64,000 nucleotides of DNA from Sedimentisphaerales bacterium (GTDB lineage Bacteria; Planctomycetota; Phycisphaerae; Sedimentisphaerales; Anaerobacaceae): the NCBI GenBank assembly GCA_963708075.1, contig OY970194.1, positions 3,776,001 through 3,840,000 on the forward strand, in the 5' to 3' direction. Positions 39,856-50,915 of this stretch are shown here, in pieces (positions within the stretch are counted from its first letter, which is position 1; every line of letters starts with the position of its first letter). Under the pieces are notes generated by a model. The model was not told where the DNA came from. It did no database searches and saw only the letters and a list, made by a program, of their open reading frames with translations. Both the position numbers and the translations under genes were made by a program.

Positions 39856-41032
39856 CACTATCCGGGAATTGCACGCGGTTCGGCAGGGAAAACAGCAGCG
39901 TGCCGAAGCCAGGATGGTCGGCTCCAAAGGCGGCGCCCTCCGGCCGAATCTTCTCGGCGGCCTGCTTCGTGTACGGCGAGGGGATACCCTTGCGTTTCTC
40001 GTAGTGATTCCAGACCATCTCGAAGATCGGTCGCAGGCGGCCGCGACCCTGCGTCGAGACAGCCTTGGCGTAGTATTTGCCGGTCGTGTCGCGATACGGC
40101 ACGAACGGGACATCGTGACCGAGGTTGTATTTCGCCGTGTACTCGAAACCCTTCCACAATCGGTTGTCGGCTGTGGCATACATGTCCAAGCCCTGATTCC
40201 AGCCGATCTCGCAGGCCTCGGCCAGATGGGCCAAGCCCAACTGTGTGTGCTGCTGGTCGCGGCCGCTCTCCTGGCACTGCCCCTGCTCGTTGATGATGTA
40301 ATGCGTCAGCGAGCCGTTGCCCGATCCATTGTGGAAATGATCCACGGCACGGTCGAAGAGTGCTTTATCATCGAGAAACACGCCGATGGCCATCATCGTC
40401 TTGATGCAGCCCGTCCCCCAGTTGCCGTTGGCGAACGTGGCGAAGTCCTTGATCACAGGATAGAAGACCTCTCTCAGCATGACCTCAAATCGTTCGATGT
40501 CCGCAGGCAGCCATCCATCGTACGAATATCGTATGATCTCCGCCGCGTTCACATACTTGAAACCGTACAGAGACGCCGCTAGCTCTTTGTCATGCCCGGT
40601 GATCTGCTTGAGCGAGCCGGACCAGGCGTTGAGGATTTCGATGGCCTTCCTGGCATGGGCGGCGTCACCCGTGATCGCCCACATCAGGGCGTTCTGATAG
40701 GCAGCGTTGCCGTCCTCCGCCAACTCTGTGTTGTGGAGGTGCTCACCGGTCCCCCTCGATACCTTCTCGAACGGCCCGCGCATACGCCAATCCGCCTGTG
40801 ACTGGTGATGGGCTCGGAGCTTCTCAAACCCGCTCTTCCACGGCTCGATGTCCTGCCGGACCATTCCCTTCATGCGATCCAGATCGGCCTGAGTATGCAG
40901 GATGCCCGGATGCTGAAAGACCCCTTGCGCCGTTGCCAACTGACTGATCCCCAGAACAACGGATACCGCCACGAAGGATGATTGATGATTGATCATTGAT
41001 GATTTCACGAGGAGACTCGGCCTTTCTTTCAA
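39842..41032 (-). CDS. Alginate-lyase-family (alpha/alpha) secreted protein
   Basis: Motifs FQHPGILHT, ANGNW, GQCQESGRDQQH and GFEYTAKYN. Start uncertain (TTG 41032 or ATG 40996). Confidence 0.8.
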   Translation of the reverse strand: MKERPSLLVKSSMINHQSSFVAVSVVLGISQLATAQGVFQHPGILHTQADLDRMKGMVRQDIEPWKSGFEKLRAHHQSQADWRMRGPFEKVSRGTGEHLHNTELAEDGNAAYQNALMWAITGDAAHARKAIEILNAWSGSLKQITGHDKELAASLYGFKYVNAAEIIRYSYDGWLPADIERFEVMLREVFYPVIKDFATFANGNWGTGCIKTMMAIGVFLDDKALFDRAVDHFHNGSGNGSLTHYIINEQGQCQESGRDQQHTQLGLAHLAEACEIGWNQGLDMYATADNRLWKGFEYTAKYNLGHDVPFVPYRDTTGKYYAKAVSTQGRGRLRPIFEMVWNHYEKRKGIPSPYTKQAAEKIRPEGAAFGADHPGFGTLLFSLPNRVQFPDSATLR

Positions 41033-41064
41033 TAATCAATAATCCATTATCCTTAATCAATCAA
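40977..41064. repeat. Inverted pair of tandem 7-mer arrays (GATGATT / AATAATC)
   Basis: gatgatt gatgatt gatcatt gatgatt ... aataatc aataatc cattatc cttaatc. Confidence 0.85.
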
Positions 41065-41080
41065 AGATTGCCCGGCGACA

Positions 41081-41109
41081 TTGCTTTGCCCACGGTCGTC
41101 TACTATAAT
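41081..41109 (+). promoter_or_regulatory. Putative sigma70 promoter
   Basis: TTGCTT-N17-TATAAT, ~90 bp upstream of ATG 41199. Confidence 0.6.
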
Positions 41110-41198
41110 GGCGTACAGAGGCCAAAGATCCAAAAACAAATCCGGCCCGCAACCGGCCGGAACCAATCCTCTTCGTGGTCTTGGAAGGAGAAGGTGAA

Positions 41199-44100
41199 AT
41201 GAGAACCCTGCCGATCTGCTTACTTGCATGTCTGTCGATCGCCCGGATAGCGGTGGGCGATTACGTCCTGTCCAGCGGCAGTAATGACTCGGGGACCAAT
41301 GGCGGCCAGTCCATCATCCGTTACACGGATGGCTTTCAGATCGTCTGGGAGAGGTCGCCGGCAATGGCCACGGCCGAGACCCAGGTATTTGCGCTGGAAA
41401 TCAGCCCCCTGAACGGCGATGTCTACACCAGCCAGATTGCCAGCCCGCAACTGAGCAAGCATCTCAGCTATGCGGACGGCGCATTCATCGGGCGTGCTGT
41501 CCCCGCCGGCGGCCAGGCGGACGGCACAGGTAAGTACACTGCGCCCGGCGAGGCTCTCCAGGACATTCAGTTCGGTTACGATTACAACAAGGACGGTGTC
41601 GCGGACCTGTGGGTCTGCAGGAGGGACACGTTCGAGGTGTACGACGGAGCCACATTGAACAGGACGGGCGACACCGGCATGGCCGACCTGCTGACCTCGC
41701 TCAAGATCGCCGACGGCGGCGGCAGTTCCGGCGTCCAGGACGGAACCGGCGGATTCGGCATCGCCTTTGGGCCGGATGTCTCAGGGGATGGTGTCGGCGA
41801 GTTGTTCGCGGCCGCCGGAGTCAATGCGTCCACCGGCTCGCGGATCAACGTGTGGAACCCGGCGACGATGACGAAGGTGGCCACCTACTCGGCGGACGGG
41901 ACGAAGGACAACTGCCTGATCATCCTCGGTCCCGATGTCAACGGCGACGCCCAGCAGGACTTGTGGGTGTCGGACCCGCGTAACCACCGCATTCGTGCGT
42001 ACAATTACGCGACCGGGGCAGTCGTTGCCGACAACATCGGCCTGGTGAGAGCCGATGCCCCCGCCACGGCCGTCACCCTGCGATTCCCGACGGACATTGA
42101 CTATGGCCCGGACGGCGATTTGCTGGTGACCACCCGGTTCGCCACGTCACTCGACCCGCAATGGACAGGGCCTTCCGATACCGCCGGCGGCAACCTGCTG
42201 CGGATCAAATGGGATGCCGCCTTACGAAAGGGGCTTGTGACGCTGCTGTTCGAGTACTCCAAGAGGCTGGACAGTGTCACGTACGTCGCCATCAAGCGGA
42301 TGAGCGCCGTCGATCCATACCCGGCCCCGGGGGCGACGGATGTGCCTCGCGATGCAATCCTCGGCTGGACACCGGCACAGACAGCCCAGAAGCATGACGT
42401 ATACTTCGGAACCAGCGCCGACGGCGTCGATGCCGCCACCCGGAGCAATCCGCTGGACGTGCTGGTCAGCCAGGGGCAGACCGCCGGCACGTTTGACCCG
42501 GGCGGGCTCGCATTCGGCCAGACCCACTATTGGCGAATCGACGAAGTCAATGGCGCTCCGGACAACACGATCTTTAAGGGCGACGTGTGGAGTTTTACTG
42601 TTGAACCCACGCTCTATCCGGTGGAAAACGTTGTTGCCACCGCCTCGATTCCCGGCGTGGAAGGGACAGTGCCACAGAATACTGCTGACCGTTCCGGGCT
42701 CAACACGAGCGATCAGCACTCGAACGCCGCCACGGATATGTGGCTTGGCGACAACACGGCGGGCGGATCCGTCTGGATTCAGTATGAGTTCGACGGGGCA
42801 TATAAGCTCTATGAGATGTGGGTGTGGAACTACAACACCGCCCTGGAGCCGTTGGTCCACTTCGGCATCAAGGAGGCCACGATCGAGTACTCAACGGACG
42901 GCATGAACTGGGCACAACTCGGTTCCACCCACGAGTTCGCCCAGGCGCCGGGAACAGCCGGCTATGTACACAATACGACCATCTCCTTCGATGGCGTCCT
43001 GGCCAGGTACATCCGGATCACCGTAAAGAGCAACTGGGGCACGTTGACCCAGTATGGCCTGAGCGAGGTCCGCTTCTATCACAAGCCCGTGCAGGCGCGG
43101 GAGCCAAGCCCGGCTAACGAGGCCGCCGGAGTGTCGCTGGAGGGCCTTGTGCTGAATTGGCGGCCGGGCAGAGAAGCAGCGTCCCACGCCGTGTATTTCA
43201 GCACTGACAGGCAAGCTGTGATCGATGGGACGGCCCCGGCCGGCACGACTGCTGAGCACAGTCTCGATCCCGGTCCTCTTGACTTCGGCGCGACGTACTT
43301 CTGGAGGGTCGATGAGGTGAACGAGGCCGGCAGCCCGGCGGCCTATCCGGGCGAGCCCTGGAGTTTCACGACGCAGGAGTACTCCGCCGTCGACGATTTT
43401 GAGAGCTACACGAACGACTCGCCGTATCGCGTCTTCCAGGCCTGGATTGACGGTTATGGCTTCTCGAAGGACGAGTTCTTCCCCGAAGATAACCCGGGCA
43501 ACGGCACAGGCGCCCTCGTCGGCTACGACCCAACCCTGGGCAATATCCTGGAAACCGCCATCGTCCACGGCGGCGGGAAGTCCATGCCGCTCGAATACAA
43601 CAACGTGAGCTCGCCCTACTACTCTGAGACGGAGCGGACCTGGGACACGCCCCAGGACTGGACGACCCACGGCGCCGATACCCTGGTCCTGCACGTCAGA
43701 GGCAACCCAGTGGACTTCCTCCAGCGAACGGACGGCAGCATCATCATGGGCGGAGGCGGCGCGGATATCTGGGCCGCCGCCGATCAATTCCGCTTCGCCT
43801 ACAAGCAACTCAACGGCGACGGCTCGATCACGGCCCGCGTGGACAGCCTCGTGCAGGCCGACCCCTGGACGAAAGTCGGTGTGATGGTCCGTGAGACGCT
43901 CGACTCTGGCTCCAGGCACGCGGCCGTGGTCGTGACGCCGGGCAACGGGATCTCCTTCGTGCGCCGCCCTACCGCCAATGCCGCCAGCGAGCAGGTGAAC
44001 CAGATTGCTCTCCAGGCGCCCTATTGGGTCCGTCTGACGCGTAAGGGCAACACGTTCACGGCGCAGCGCTCTGCCGACGGTATCACGTGGACGAGCGTCA

Positions 44101-44540
44101 CCACCGATCTCGCCTCGGTCCTGGACATCGCGATGACACCGGATGTCCTCGTCGGCCTGGCCGTGACCAGCCACAATACCGGCATGCAGACCAGCGCCGA
44201 GTTCTCCGGCGTCGCCACAACAGGCTCTGTCACGGGCCAGTGGCAGAACGCGGAGATCGGCGTGGCGCAGCCGAGCAACGACCCGGCGCCGCTGTACGTG
44301 GCGGTCGAGGACAAAGCCGGACACAAGAAGCTAATCGTGCATCCGAGCATCGAGGCTGTGACAACGGTCGGCTGGCAACAATGGCGCATTCCGCTTAGCG
44401 AATTCACCACCGCCGGAGTCAATCTGACGGTCGTCAAGAAAATGTACATCGGCACAGGCGACCGCACCGATCCGGCCCCAGGCGGCGCGGGCCTGATCTT
44501 CATCGACGATATCGGAGTAGGCAAACCCGGCGGCAATTGA
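41199..44540 (+). CDS. Large secreted modular protein (beta-propeller/FG-GAP-like, Fn3-like repeats, F5/8-C discoidin, lectin-like domain)
   Basis: Signal peptide, DxxGDG motifs, repeated YWR(I/V)DEVN...WSFT units, WIQYEFD..VWNYN..LSEVRF and GGGADIW..DQFRF. Confidence 0.75.
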   Translation: MRTLPICLLACLSIARIAVGDYVLSSGSNDSGTNGGQSIIRYTDGFQIVWERSPAMATAETQVFALEISPLNGDVYTSQIASPQLSKHLSYADGAFIGRAVPAGGQADGTGKYTAPGEALQDIQFGYDYNKDGVADLWVCRRDTFEVYDGATLNRTGDTGMADLLTSLKIADGGGSSGVQDGTGGFGIAFGPDVSGDGVGELFAAAGVNASTGSRINVWNPATMTKVATYSADGTKDNCLIILGPDVNGDAQQDLWVSDPRNHRIRAYNYATGAVVADNIGLVRADAPATAVTLRFPTDIDYGPDGDLLVTTRFATSLDPQWTGPSDTAGGNLLRIKWDAALRKGLVTLLFEYSKRLDSVTYVAIKRMSAVDPYPAPGATDVPRDAILGWTPAQTAQKHDVYFGTSADGVDAATRSNPLDVLVSQGQTAGTFDPGGLAFGQTHYWRIDEVNGAPDNTIFKGDVWSFTVEPTLYPVENVVATASIPGVEGTVPQNTADRSGLNTSDQHSNAATDMWLGDNTAGGSVWIQYEFDGAYKLYEMWVWNYNTALEPLVHFGIKEATIEYSTDGMNWAQLGSTHEFAQAPGTAGYVHNTTISFDGVLARYIRITVKSNWGTLTQYGLSEVRFYHKPVQAREPSPANEAAGVSLEGLVLNWRPGREAASHAVYFSTDRQAVIDGTAPAGTTAEHSLDPGPLDFGATYFWRVDEVNEAGSPAAYPGEPWSFTTQEYSAVDDFESYTNDSPYRVFQAWIDGYGFSKDEFFPEDNPGNGTGALVGYDPTLGNILETAIVHGGGKSMPLEYNNVSSPYYSETERTWDTPQDWTTHGADTLVLHVRGNPVDFLQRTDGSIIMGGGGADIWAAADQFRFAYKQLNGDGSITARVDSLVQADPWTKVGVMVRETLDSGSRHAAVVVTPGNGISFVRRPTANAASEQVNQIALQAPYWVRLTRKGNTFTAQRSADGITWTSVTTDLASVLDIAMTPDVLVGLAVTSHNTGMQTSAEFSGVATTGSVTGQWQNAEIGVAQPSNDPAPLYVAVEDKAGHKKLIVHPSIEAVTTVGWQQWRIPLSEFTTAGVNLTVVKKMYIGTGDRTDPAPGGAGLIFIDDIGVGKPGGN

Positions 44541-44611
44541 TGATTGATGATTTCAGAGGGATGTCCGGACTTCCCTTTCAATAATCAATCATCAATTATC
44601 CATCATCAATT
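44535..44611. repeat. Inverted pair of tandem 7-mer arrays overlapping two convergent stop codons
   Basis: aattgatgattgatgatt ... caataat caatcat caattat ccatcat caat. Confidence 0.85.
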
Positions 44612-47600
44612 CGTACGTGGCCTCGGCCAGGGCGCTCCACCGGCCGCCATCCTGGACGCGCGCCTTGACCTGCGTGGTCGCAGTCAGGGGCATTGCGCCG
44701 GTGTATGGAACGGCGGTCGGTGAGATGCTTGGATCGCCTTTGGGTGCGCCCCTATCCGTGACAAGCTTTACGGAGAGGAGGAAGTCCGAGCTTGTCGGCG
44801 ATGCGTTGAGAGCGTGAATGGCGAGGAGATTGGGGCCCTGCCGCAGTAGACCCACGTGAGCGGTGACGGCGAAATCGGTGAAATTCACGGCCTCGTCGTC
44901 AGGATGGCTGTCGTTGGACGCGGAATTCCACTGGGGTGTTCCGGCAAACATGTCCCGGGCCACCTCCACGCCGTTGAGGTACGCGATAAAGCCGTCGTCG
45001 TACCGCACCTTGAGGGTGAGGGTGGTCAGGTTCTGCAGATCCCCCGCGGTGAGGTTGAAGGGGATGCGGACGTAGCAACTGGTATTCACGTTGTACATCT
45101 GCGAATTGACATTGATCCCGAAGAAGGGCGCGAAGCCCGAGCTTCTCTCGTATCCGACGCCGCCGGAGCCGCTGATCCAGAGGCCATCATCGTACGGCTG
45201 ATTTCTCCAACTCTGGCCGATATCGCTTCTCGGGATGAAGACGCGCTTCGCGGCGTCCTCCGGGACAAGGGCATCGGCATCGACCTGCCCGGAGCGTGTC
45301 CCAGGGACTCGCGGGTCGGCGCCATCAAGGGTGTAGTAAATCACGCCGCCTGCGTTTGGATTCGCCATGGTCAGCACATCCCCAAGCGAGACGTGCCCGC
45401 CATGTTGAGGCGTCTCGTTGATGTGGAACACCGGGGGCTCAATGGCCGGATAGAGGCCCTCCTTGCCCAACACGTTGACCAGGGCGTAGGAATTGGCCGG
45501 GTTGTGGATCGCGGGGATGTAATTGCTGATGACGTTGTCGCGCTCGACGACCCAGGAGTCCTCCCGTGTGAAATAGTAGTCGGGGCCGTGGGGCGCCGGA
45601 GGATACAGGATGTGATTGATGTCGGTGAGCGGATTGGGCTGCTGGATGTCGTTGCCGTAGGGCGTACTCATCTGCACGTCGCCCCAGCGGGCGGACTCGG
45701 CAACGATCGCCTTGTCGATCCGGCTCGCGATTCTGCGGTAGCGGTCCTGTGAGCCGGCGACACTGAGCGCGCCGCCGTTGAAGCAATGCTTGTAGAACCG
45801 GTCGGCGAAGAGCAGGCGGAACTCCTCGCTGGTGCGCATTTTCTGGAACAGTTCGCCGGCCCCGGCAGTGTTGTCGACGCGGGAGGTGGCCCGGCCGTGA
45901 TAGTCGAGGACGATCTCCTGGTCCCAGGCGAAGAACCGGAACTTGCCGTCGCCGCTGATGGCGTTGGCGGCGGCACAACCGTTGTGGTGGGGCCAGTCCT
46001 CGGCATCCGCATACAGGTGCAGGAGTATGTAGTCGGCAAAGTCCTCCACGTCGAGGTACTGCTGCATCTGCGTGTAGCCGGCGAAGGTGGAGAGGTCGAT
46101 GGCCATCATAGCACGCCACCGGGCGCCGGGAGCGGAGAAATCAGCATTCACCTCCCAGTCGTCGGGCTCACCACCGAGGTGGTCGGCGAAGAAGTCCTCG
46201 GCCAGACGCTCGCTCAGGTTGTAGAGGCCGAAGTAGAGGCCGTCGACGTAGAGGTGCACGAAGGACCCGCCGCTGGAAGGCTGACCCATGTCGCGCAGGC
46301 TTTCCTTGATCCAGGTGTCGCGGATGTACTGGGCATCGTTGGGACGGTAGCGACCGGGGTCCCAGGAGACGAGGGCCCAGGAGTCGCAGAAGCCGCCGCG
46401 CAGGACGAGCTGATTGAACGTGTCTACGCCGGAGTCAGGAAACAGCGGGTATTCCAGTTTCGCAGGGCCGTAGAGGCTGGTGAAGGTCAGGCGCATCGAG
46501 TGCTTTTGCATGCGCCAGGGACGACGGCTGGAGCCGCCATGTGCCTCGATCTTGCAGTCGCACTGAAAGCCCTCCGTGCCGTCCGGGAGGATGTATTCGA
46601 TGGAGCACTTGCGTTCCGCGCGGCCCAGCGGGTTGGCGTAGATCCCCGTGGCGTCGCTGATGAAATCATCCCGAAGCATGGAGATCGACACAGTGGGGAT
46701 GTCGAGGAGCGCATCGCGGATGGAGTACCCGGGCAGCGTGCTGTCGACCACCCGCGGGTCCATCCCGTAATCGGCGGGGACAATACCGCCGACCTCGGGG
46801 TCGAAGCCCCAATTGGTGGGCCAGCCGGGGACGTTGGCGGACTGACGGGCGATATCATCGACGAAGATATAAGTGTGCGTAGTCACGTCGGCCGGTATCC
46901 AGCCGGTCTTGAACGCTGCGGATCGCACGTGCGTGGTGGTTAAAATGGGGATGCGGGCGCCGGGATTGTAGACAGAGCCGCGCTGCTCCGTCGGCTCTGA
47001 ACCATCCAGGGTGTAGCGAATCACGGCATCCGGCGTGTCGCAGAAGACCTGAAGGTCGAATGCATCGTCGTAGAATCCCCGCTCGTGGCTGTGCCAGGTT
47101 TTGTCCATGAGAACCGGGGGAGCCTTGTCCATTGGCCCGCCCGGGAGTCGGCGGCGAAAAGTAGCACAACTCGCCGTTTCGGATCCCATAGGAGACATCG
47201 GTCCGCTGAGGAGGATACGAAGGACCATACTCATGCACGACTACACCGTCAGGACCTACCAGGGCCAGGTACTCTCCGTCTTTGTCCAGGGCAAAATTCG
47301 TGTGGAAGTAGCCCTTCTTGTCGACGTAGGAGTCTGTGGACTGCCCGGAGGCAAAGACCACCAGGTACGCGCCGGCACGCAACACGGCCTCCGGGGGGAA
47401 GGGCCATTTCTGCAGATTGCGCCGGTCATCCGTCAGGGACCAGCCGGCCAGGGGAACCGACGCGGCGCCGCTGTTGTACAGCTCGATCCAGTCGGGCGCA
47501 TTTCCATCGCCATCGATCAGGCTAGCCCGATTGGAGGCGACGAATTCGTTGATCGTCACGGGTATCGGCTGATTGGCCGCCCCCACAGAACCACCGGCAA

Positions 47601-47658
47601 CCAGAAGGAGCAACAAAGGCAACAGATTACACCGGATGATTCCCATTCTCATGTTCAC
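44592..47658 (-). CDS. Lamin-tail-domain / CotH-kinase-like secreted protein, frameshift at ~47110-47120
   Basis: LTD motifs INEFVASN..DWIELYN..TNFAL..GEYLAL..PTPG; IRYTLDGSEP; CotH-like HLYVDGLYFGLYNLSER, DWPHHN and WD.E. Two ORFs differ by one base. Confidence 0.8.
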
Positions 47659-47784
47659 TCAACAACCGCCGGTGCACAACCGTCCGTTGTTGTGCCGCAC
47701 AGACAATAACGGGGCTCATGTCATATGGACACAAGCCCCGTAGTGCATCTTTTCAGGTCGTGCATCCTCGCACGACAGGGTTGA

Positions 47785-50697
47785 TTACTTGTCGAATGGC
47801 TTGGCCAGCCCCGCAAGGTACGCGATCTCCGCTTGGGACAAGACGCGGTTGTAGAGATAAAGCTCATCGATCTCGCCGGGGAAGTAACGCGACAGGCTGT
47901 CGTGTTTCAGGACACCGATAGTCACCCTGGGCAGAGCCACGTCGAGCGCCGTCGCGCTGGCCGCGCTGCTCACCAGTATGCCGTTGACGTACAACATCGT
48001 TGTATCAGCGGTCTTGACGATGGCCACATGGTACCACATGCCGTCATCGTACTTGCCGGAGCTGCGGAGGTTGGTCTCTGTAGTGGCACCCGTGGGAGCC
48101 CGGTGCAGGAAGCGCAGCACACCGTTGGCCTCGATCTCCAGCAGAATACCGTGAAGGCCGCCATTGTCGTACACGGAGAGTATGTCCCTCTGGGCCGTAC
48201 CACCCTCCACGCGGAACCACACGGTGGCCGAGTACACCGGCAGGTTGAGGGAACCCTGCATCGTGACATGATCGGCTGCGCCGTTGAGCTTGATCGCCTG
48301 ACCGACCTTGCCGGCGACATACGTCGGTGCCCCGACGACCGTGCCGGGCAGTGTCCCTGTGCTGCTGTTCGTGTTGCCCTCGAAGGCATAGTAGGCCACG
48401 AGGTTCGCCGCATCGGGCTTGGCCGGCGTCACTGACTGCCGATCCAACGAGGACAATGCGATATCGTCGAAGAATACCGTGCCCTGTCCGCCCTCGAAGC
48501 CAATCGCCAGCTTGGTGACCTTCTTGAGGTCAATGCCGGTGAACTGGCTCACGGGAATGTACCAGAGATACCAGGGCTTACGAAGGAGGTTGTCGGCGTC
48601 GCCATCGTATACCACCTTGCGCCCGTTGACCTTCACGTACATCTGCGATGCGGTGTTGGTTGAATTGCCGCAGAACCAGAGCACGAGGGCCTTGATGCCG
48701 TGCCGGGTCCAGTCCTGGGGAGCATCGAAGGTCCGTTCCGCCTCGGATGTCGGCGCGACGGAGCTGTCGTAGACCATGGGCATGGACTGCGTGCCGCCAT
48801 GGACTATGCCGGTCTCCATGATATTGCCCGCAGCAGGATCGTAGCCGATGAGAGAGCCCGTGCCATTGCCCGGATTGCCCTTGGGGAAGAACTCATCTTC
48901 CGAGAAGCCCATGCCGTCGATCCAGTGCTGGAAGACCCGCTTGGGCGAATCATTCGTGTAACTCTCGAAATTGTCAACAACAAGGTACTGCTGGACGCTG
49001 AAGCTCCAGACATCGCCAGCCCAGACGGGCTGAGCCCCCTGATCGTTGACCTCGTCCACCTTCCAGTAGTAGGTCTTGCCCAATTCGAGAAGGCCGCCGG
49101 CGTCAAAGCTCGGCTCGGAAACAGTGCCGGCCGGTGGATCGGCCAGTCCATTGGCATCGGTGTTCAGGTACACTTTGTGTGCAGCCGCCTCACGGCCTGC
49201 ACGCCAACTCAGGGGCACTCGCGGGTCCACGCCCGTGGCGCCGGGAGCCGGCGTGGGCTGGCGGGTCGCGACGGGAACCACCATGAAGCGGACTTCGCTC
49301 AAGCCAGACTGTTTGAAAACGCCGCCGCCCCAGTTGCCGGCGATGTCGATCTTGACGTACTTGGCCGCCACGCCGTCAAAATCAACCGTCGTGTTCGCAA
49401 CATAGTCCGCAGTCCCCGAAGCCTGGGCCAGCTCACGAGGCGTATCCAGCGATGCCCAGTTGATCCCATCGCGTGAATAAGCCACAGTGACGCCTTTGGC
49501 GCCAAAGCCGACCACAGTCTCCATGCCGCTGTTATGGTTCCATACGAGCATCTGATGCAGCTCATAGAGTCTGTCGAACTCATACTGGATCCAGGCCGCG
49601 CCCGACTCCGTGGCGGTACTGAGCCACATCTGGGCCGTGTCCGTCGAGTGCTGATCGCTGGCATTCAGTCCGACGCCATCGATGGTCTTCTCGGGTCCCT
49701 CGCCGGCGCTGTTGGCGCCGGAAGCCGTGGCCGTGATATGGCTGACGGTCAGCAAGATGCTGACAGGTTCCACCGTGAAGTTCCAGATATCGCCCTTGGT
49801 GACCTTGCCATCAGAGGCGATCTCGTCCACGCGCCAATAATAGGTCTTCCCGAGTTCCAGGCGGCCGGGGTCGAAGCTGTTGGCATCCTGGCGACCCATG
49901 TAGACGACACTGCTGGTTGTCCCATCATCGATATCATCATGGTCCGTGCCCAGATAAAGGCCATGAGCCACGGCCTTATTGCTTGCCATCCAGGAGAGAA
50001 CCGTGCCGTCCCTGCGCACATCCGTCGCCTGATGGGTGGGAGCAGGCTTCAGGGCAGCGTCCGATTCAAGCAATGTCAGGTCGAACGCATTCATCAGGAA
50101 GATCGCATTGGCCGTGGGAGTAGTCGACGTCTGGTCAAACACCAGGGTGACAGCGTCCTTCCCATTGGCCGTGAACCGCGTAGTAAACTTCGTGACATCG
50201 GCAAGCTTGAAGTTCGTGCCGTTGGAGATATCGATGTTCGGGATCGTTGTCGAGCCCATCGCATCGGTGACCGTCACCTGGAAGATACCCGTCTGATCGT
50301 TGCGGTCGTGGTGGTAGGACACCCACTCGTACTGGCCCGTAGGCAGCCCGCTGATGGTCAGAGTCAACGGATCACCGGCCGACCGGGTATCGGTGCCGAT
50401 CCAGTCCCGCAGAAGAGCGGGAGCCTCAGGGACATCGGTAACACCGCGATCGATCATCCTTATGCAGGCCGCCACCACGTTCGAGGCCCATGTCGGCTGG
50501 ATGGTCACCGTGGTTCCGAAGACCTGGTAGCTCTGGGCCGTGAATGACGCCAGGTTCTTATCGGTCGCGAAGTACCCCTGGTATCCGGGCTCCACGGCGC
50601 CATTCGCCTGATTGAAATCGATCTTCAGTTGGGCCTGTGCCGCACCAAGCCCCATCAACAGACACAGGAATGTCGATACGATTTGCGTTCTCATCAT
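47785..50697 (-). CDS. Large secreted modular protein (Fn3-like, discoidin, C-terminal LamG)
   Basis: Signal peptide; YYW(R/K)VDE repeats, WIQYEFD..VWNHN, DGMWYHVA and GEIDELYLYNRVLS. Confidence 0.8.
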   Translation of the reverse strand: MMRTQIVSTFLCLLMGLGAAQAQLKIDFNQANGAVEPGYQGYFATDKNLASFTAQSYQVFGTTVTIQPTWASNVVAACIRMIDRGVTDVPEAPALLRDWIGTDTRSAGDPLTLTISGLPTGQYEWVSYHHDRNDQTGIFQVTVTDAMGSTTIPNIDISNGTNFKLADVTKFTTRFTANGKDAVTLVFDQTSTTPTANAIFLMNAFDLTLLESDAALKPAPTHQATDVRRDGTVLSWMASNKAVAHGLYLGTDHDDIDDGTTSSVVYMGRQDANSFDPGRLELGKTYYWRVDEIASDGKVTKGDIWNFTVEPVSILLTVSHITATASGANSAGEGPEKTIDGVGLNASDQHSTDTAQMWLSTATESGAAWIQYEFDRLYELHQMLVWNHNSGMETVVGFGAKGVTVAYSRDGINWASLDTPRELAQASGTADYVANTTVDFDGVAAKYVKIDIAGNWGGGVFKQSGLSEVRFMVVPVATRQPTPAPGATGVDPRVPLSWRAGREAAAHKVYLNTDANGLADPPAGTVSEPSFDAGGLLELGKTYYWKVDEVNDQGAQPVWAGDVWSFSVQQYLVVDNFESYTNDSPKRVFQHWIDGMGFSEDEFFPKGNPGNGTGSLIGYDPAAGNIMETGIVHGGTQSMPMVYDSSVAPTSEAERTFDAPQDWTRHGIKALVLWFCGNSTNTASQMYVKVNGRKVVYDGDADNLLRKPWYLWYIPVSQFTGIDLKKVTKLAIGFEGGQGTVFFDDIALSSLDRQSVTPAKPDAANLVAYYAFEGNTNSSTGTLPGTVVGAPTYVAGKVGQAIKLNGAADHVTMQGSLNLPVYSATVWFRVEGGTAQRDILSVYDNGGLHGILLEIEANGVLRFLHRAPTGATTETNLRSSGKYDDGMWYHVAIVKTADTTMLYVNGILVSSAASATALDVALPRVTIGVLKHDSLSRYFPGEIDELYLYNRVLSQAEIAYLAGLAKPFDK

Positions 50698-50915
50698 GCT
50701 CTCCTTACCCTTGGACATGGACCCTCGATCGCGTTGTTCACGATATGTCCCCCCTTCACAATCACCCTTTCACAGGCCTCACCACGAGCCACCCTGTATT
50801 ATCGTCCCCGGCACAGGCGAGAAAAATGCACTCCAGTGACATTTTGCTGCACCGCAGTGACCTCGGCCTCACGGCACAGGGACCCTCACCAACCTTAACT
50901 GAAGAGAAGTGCCTC

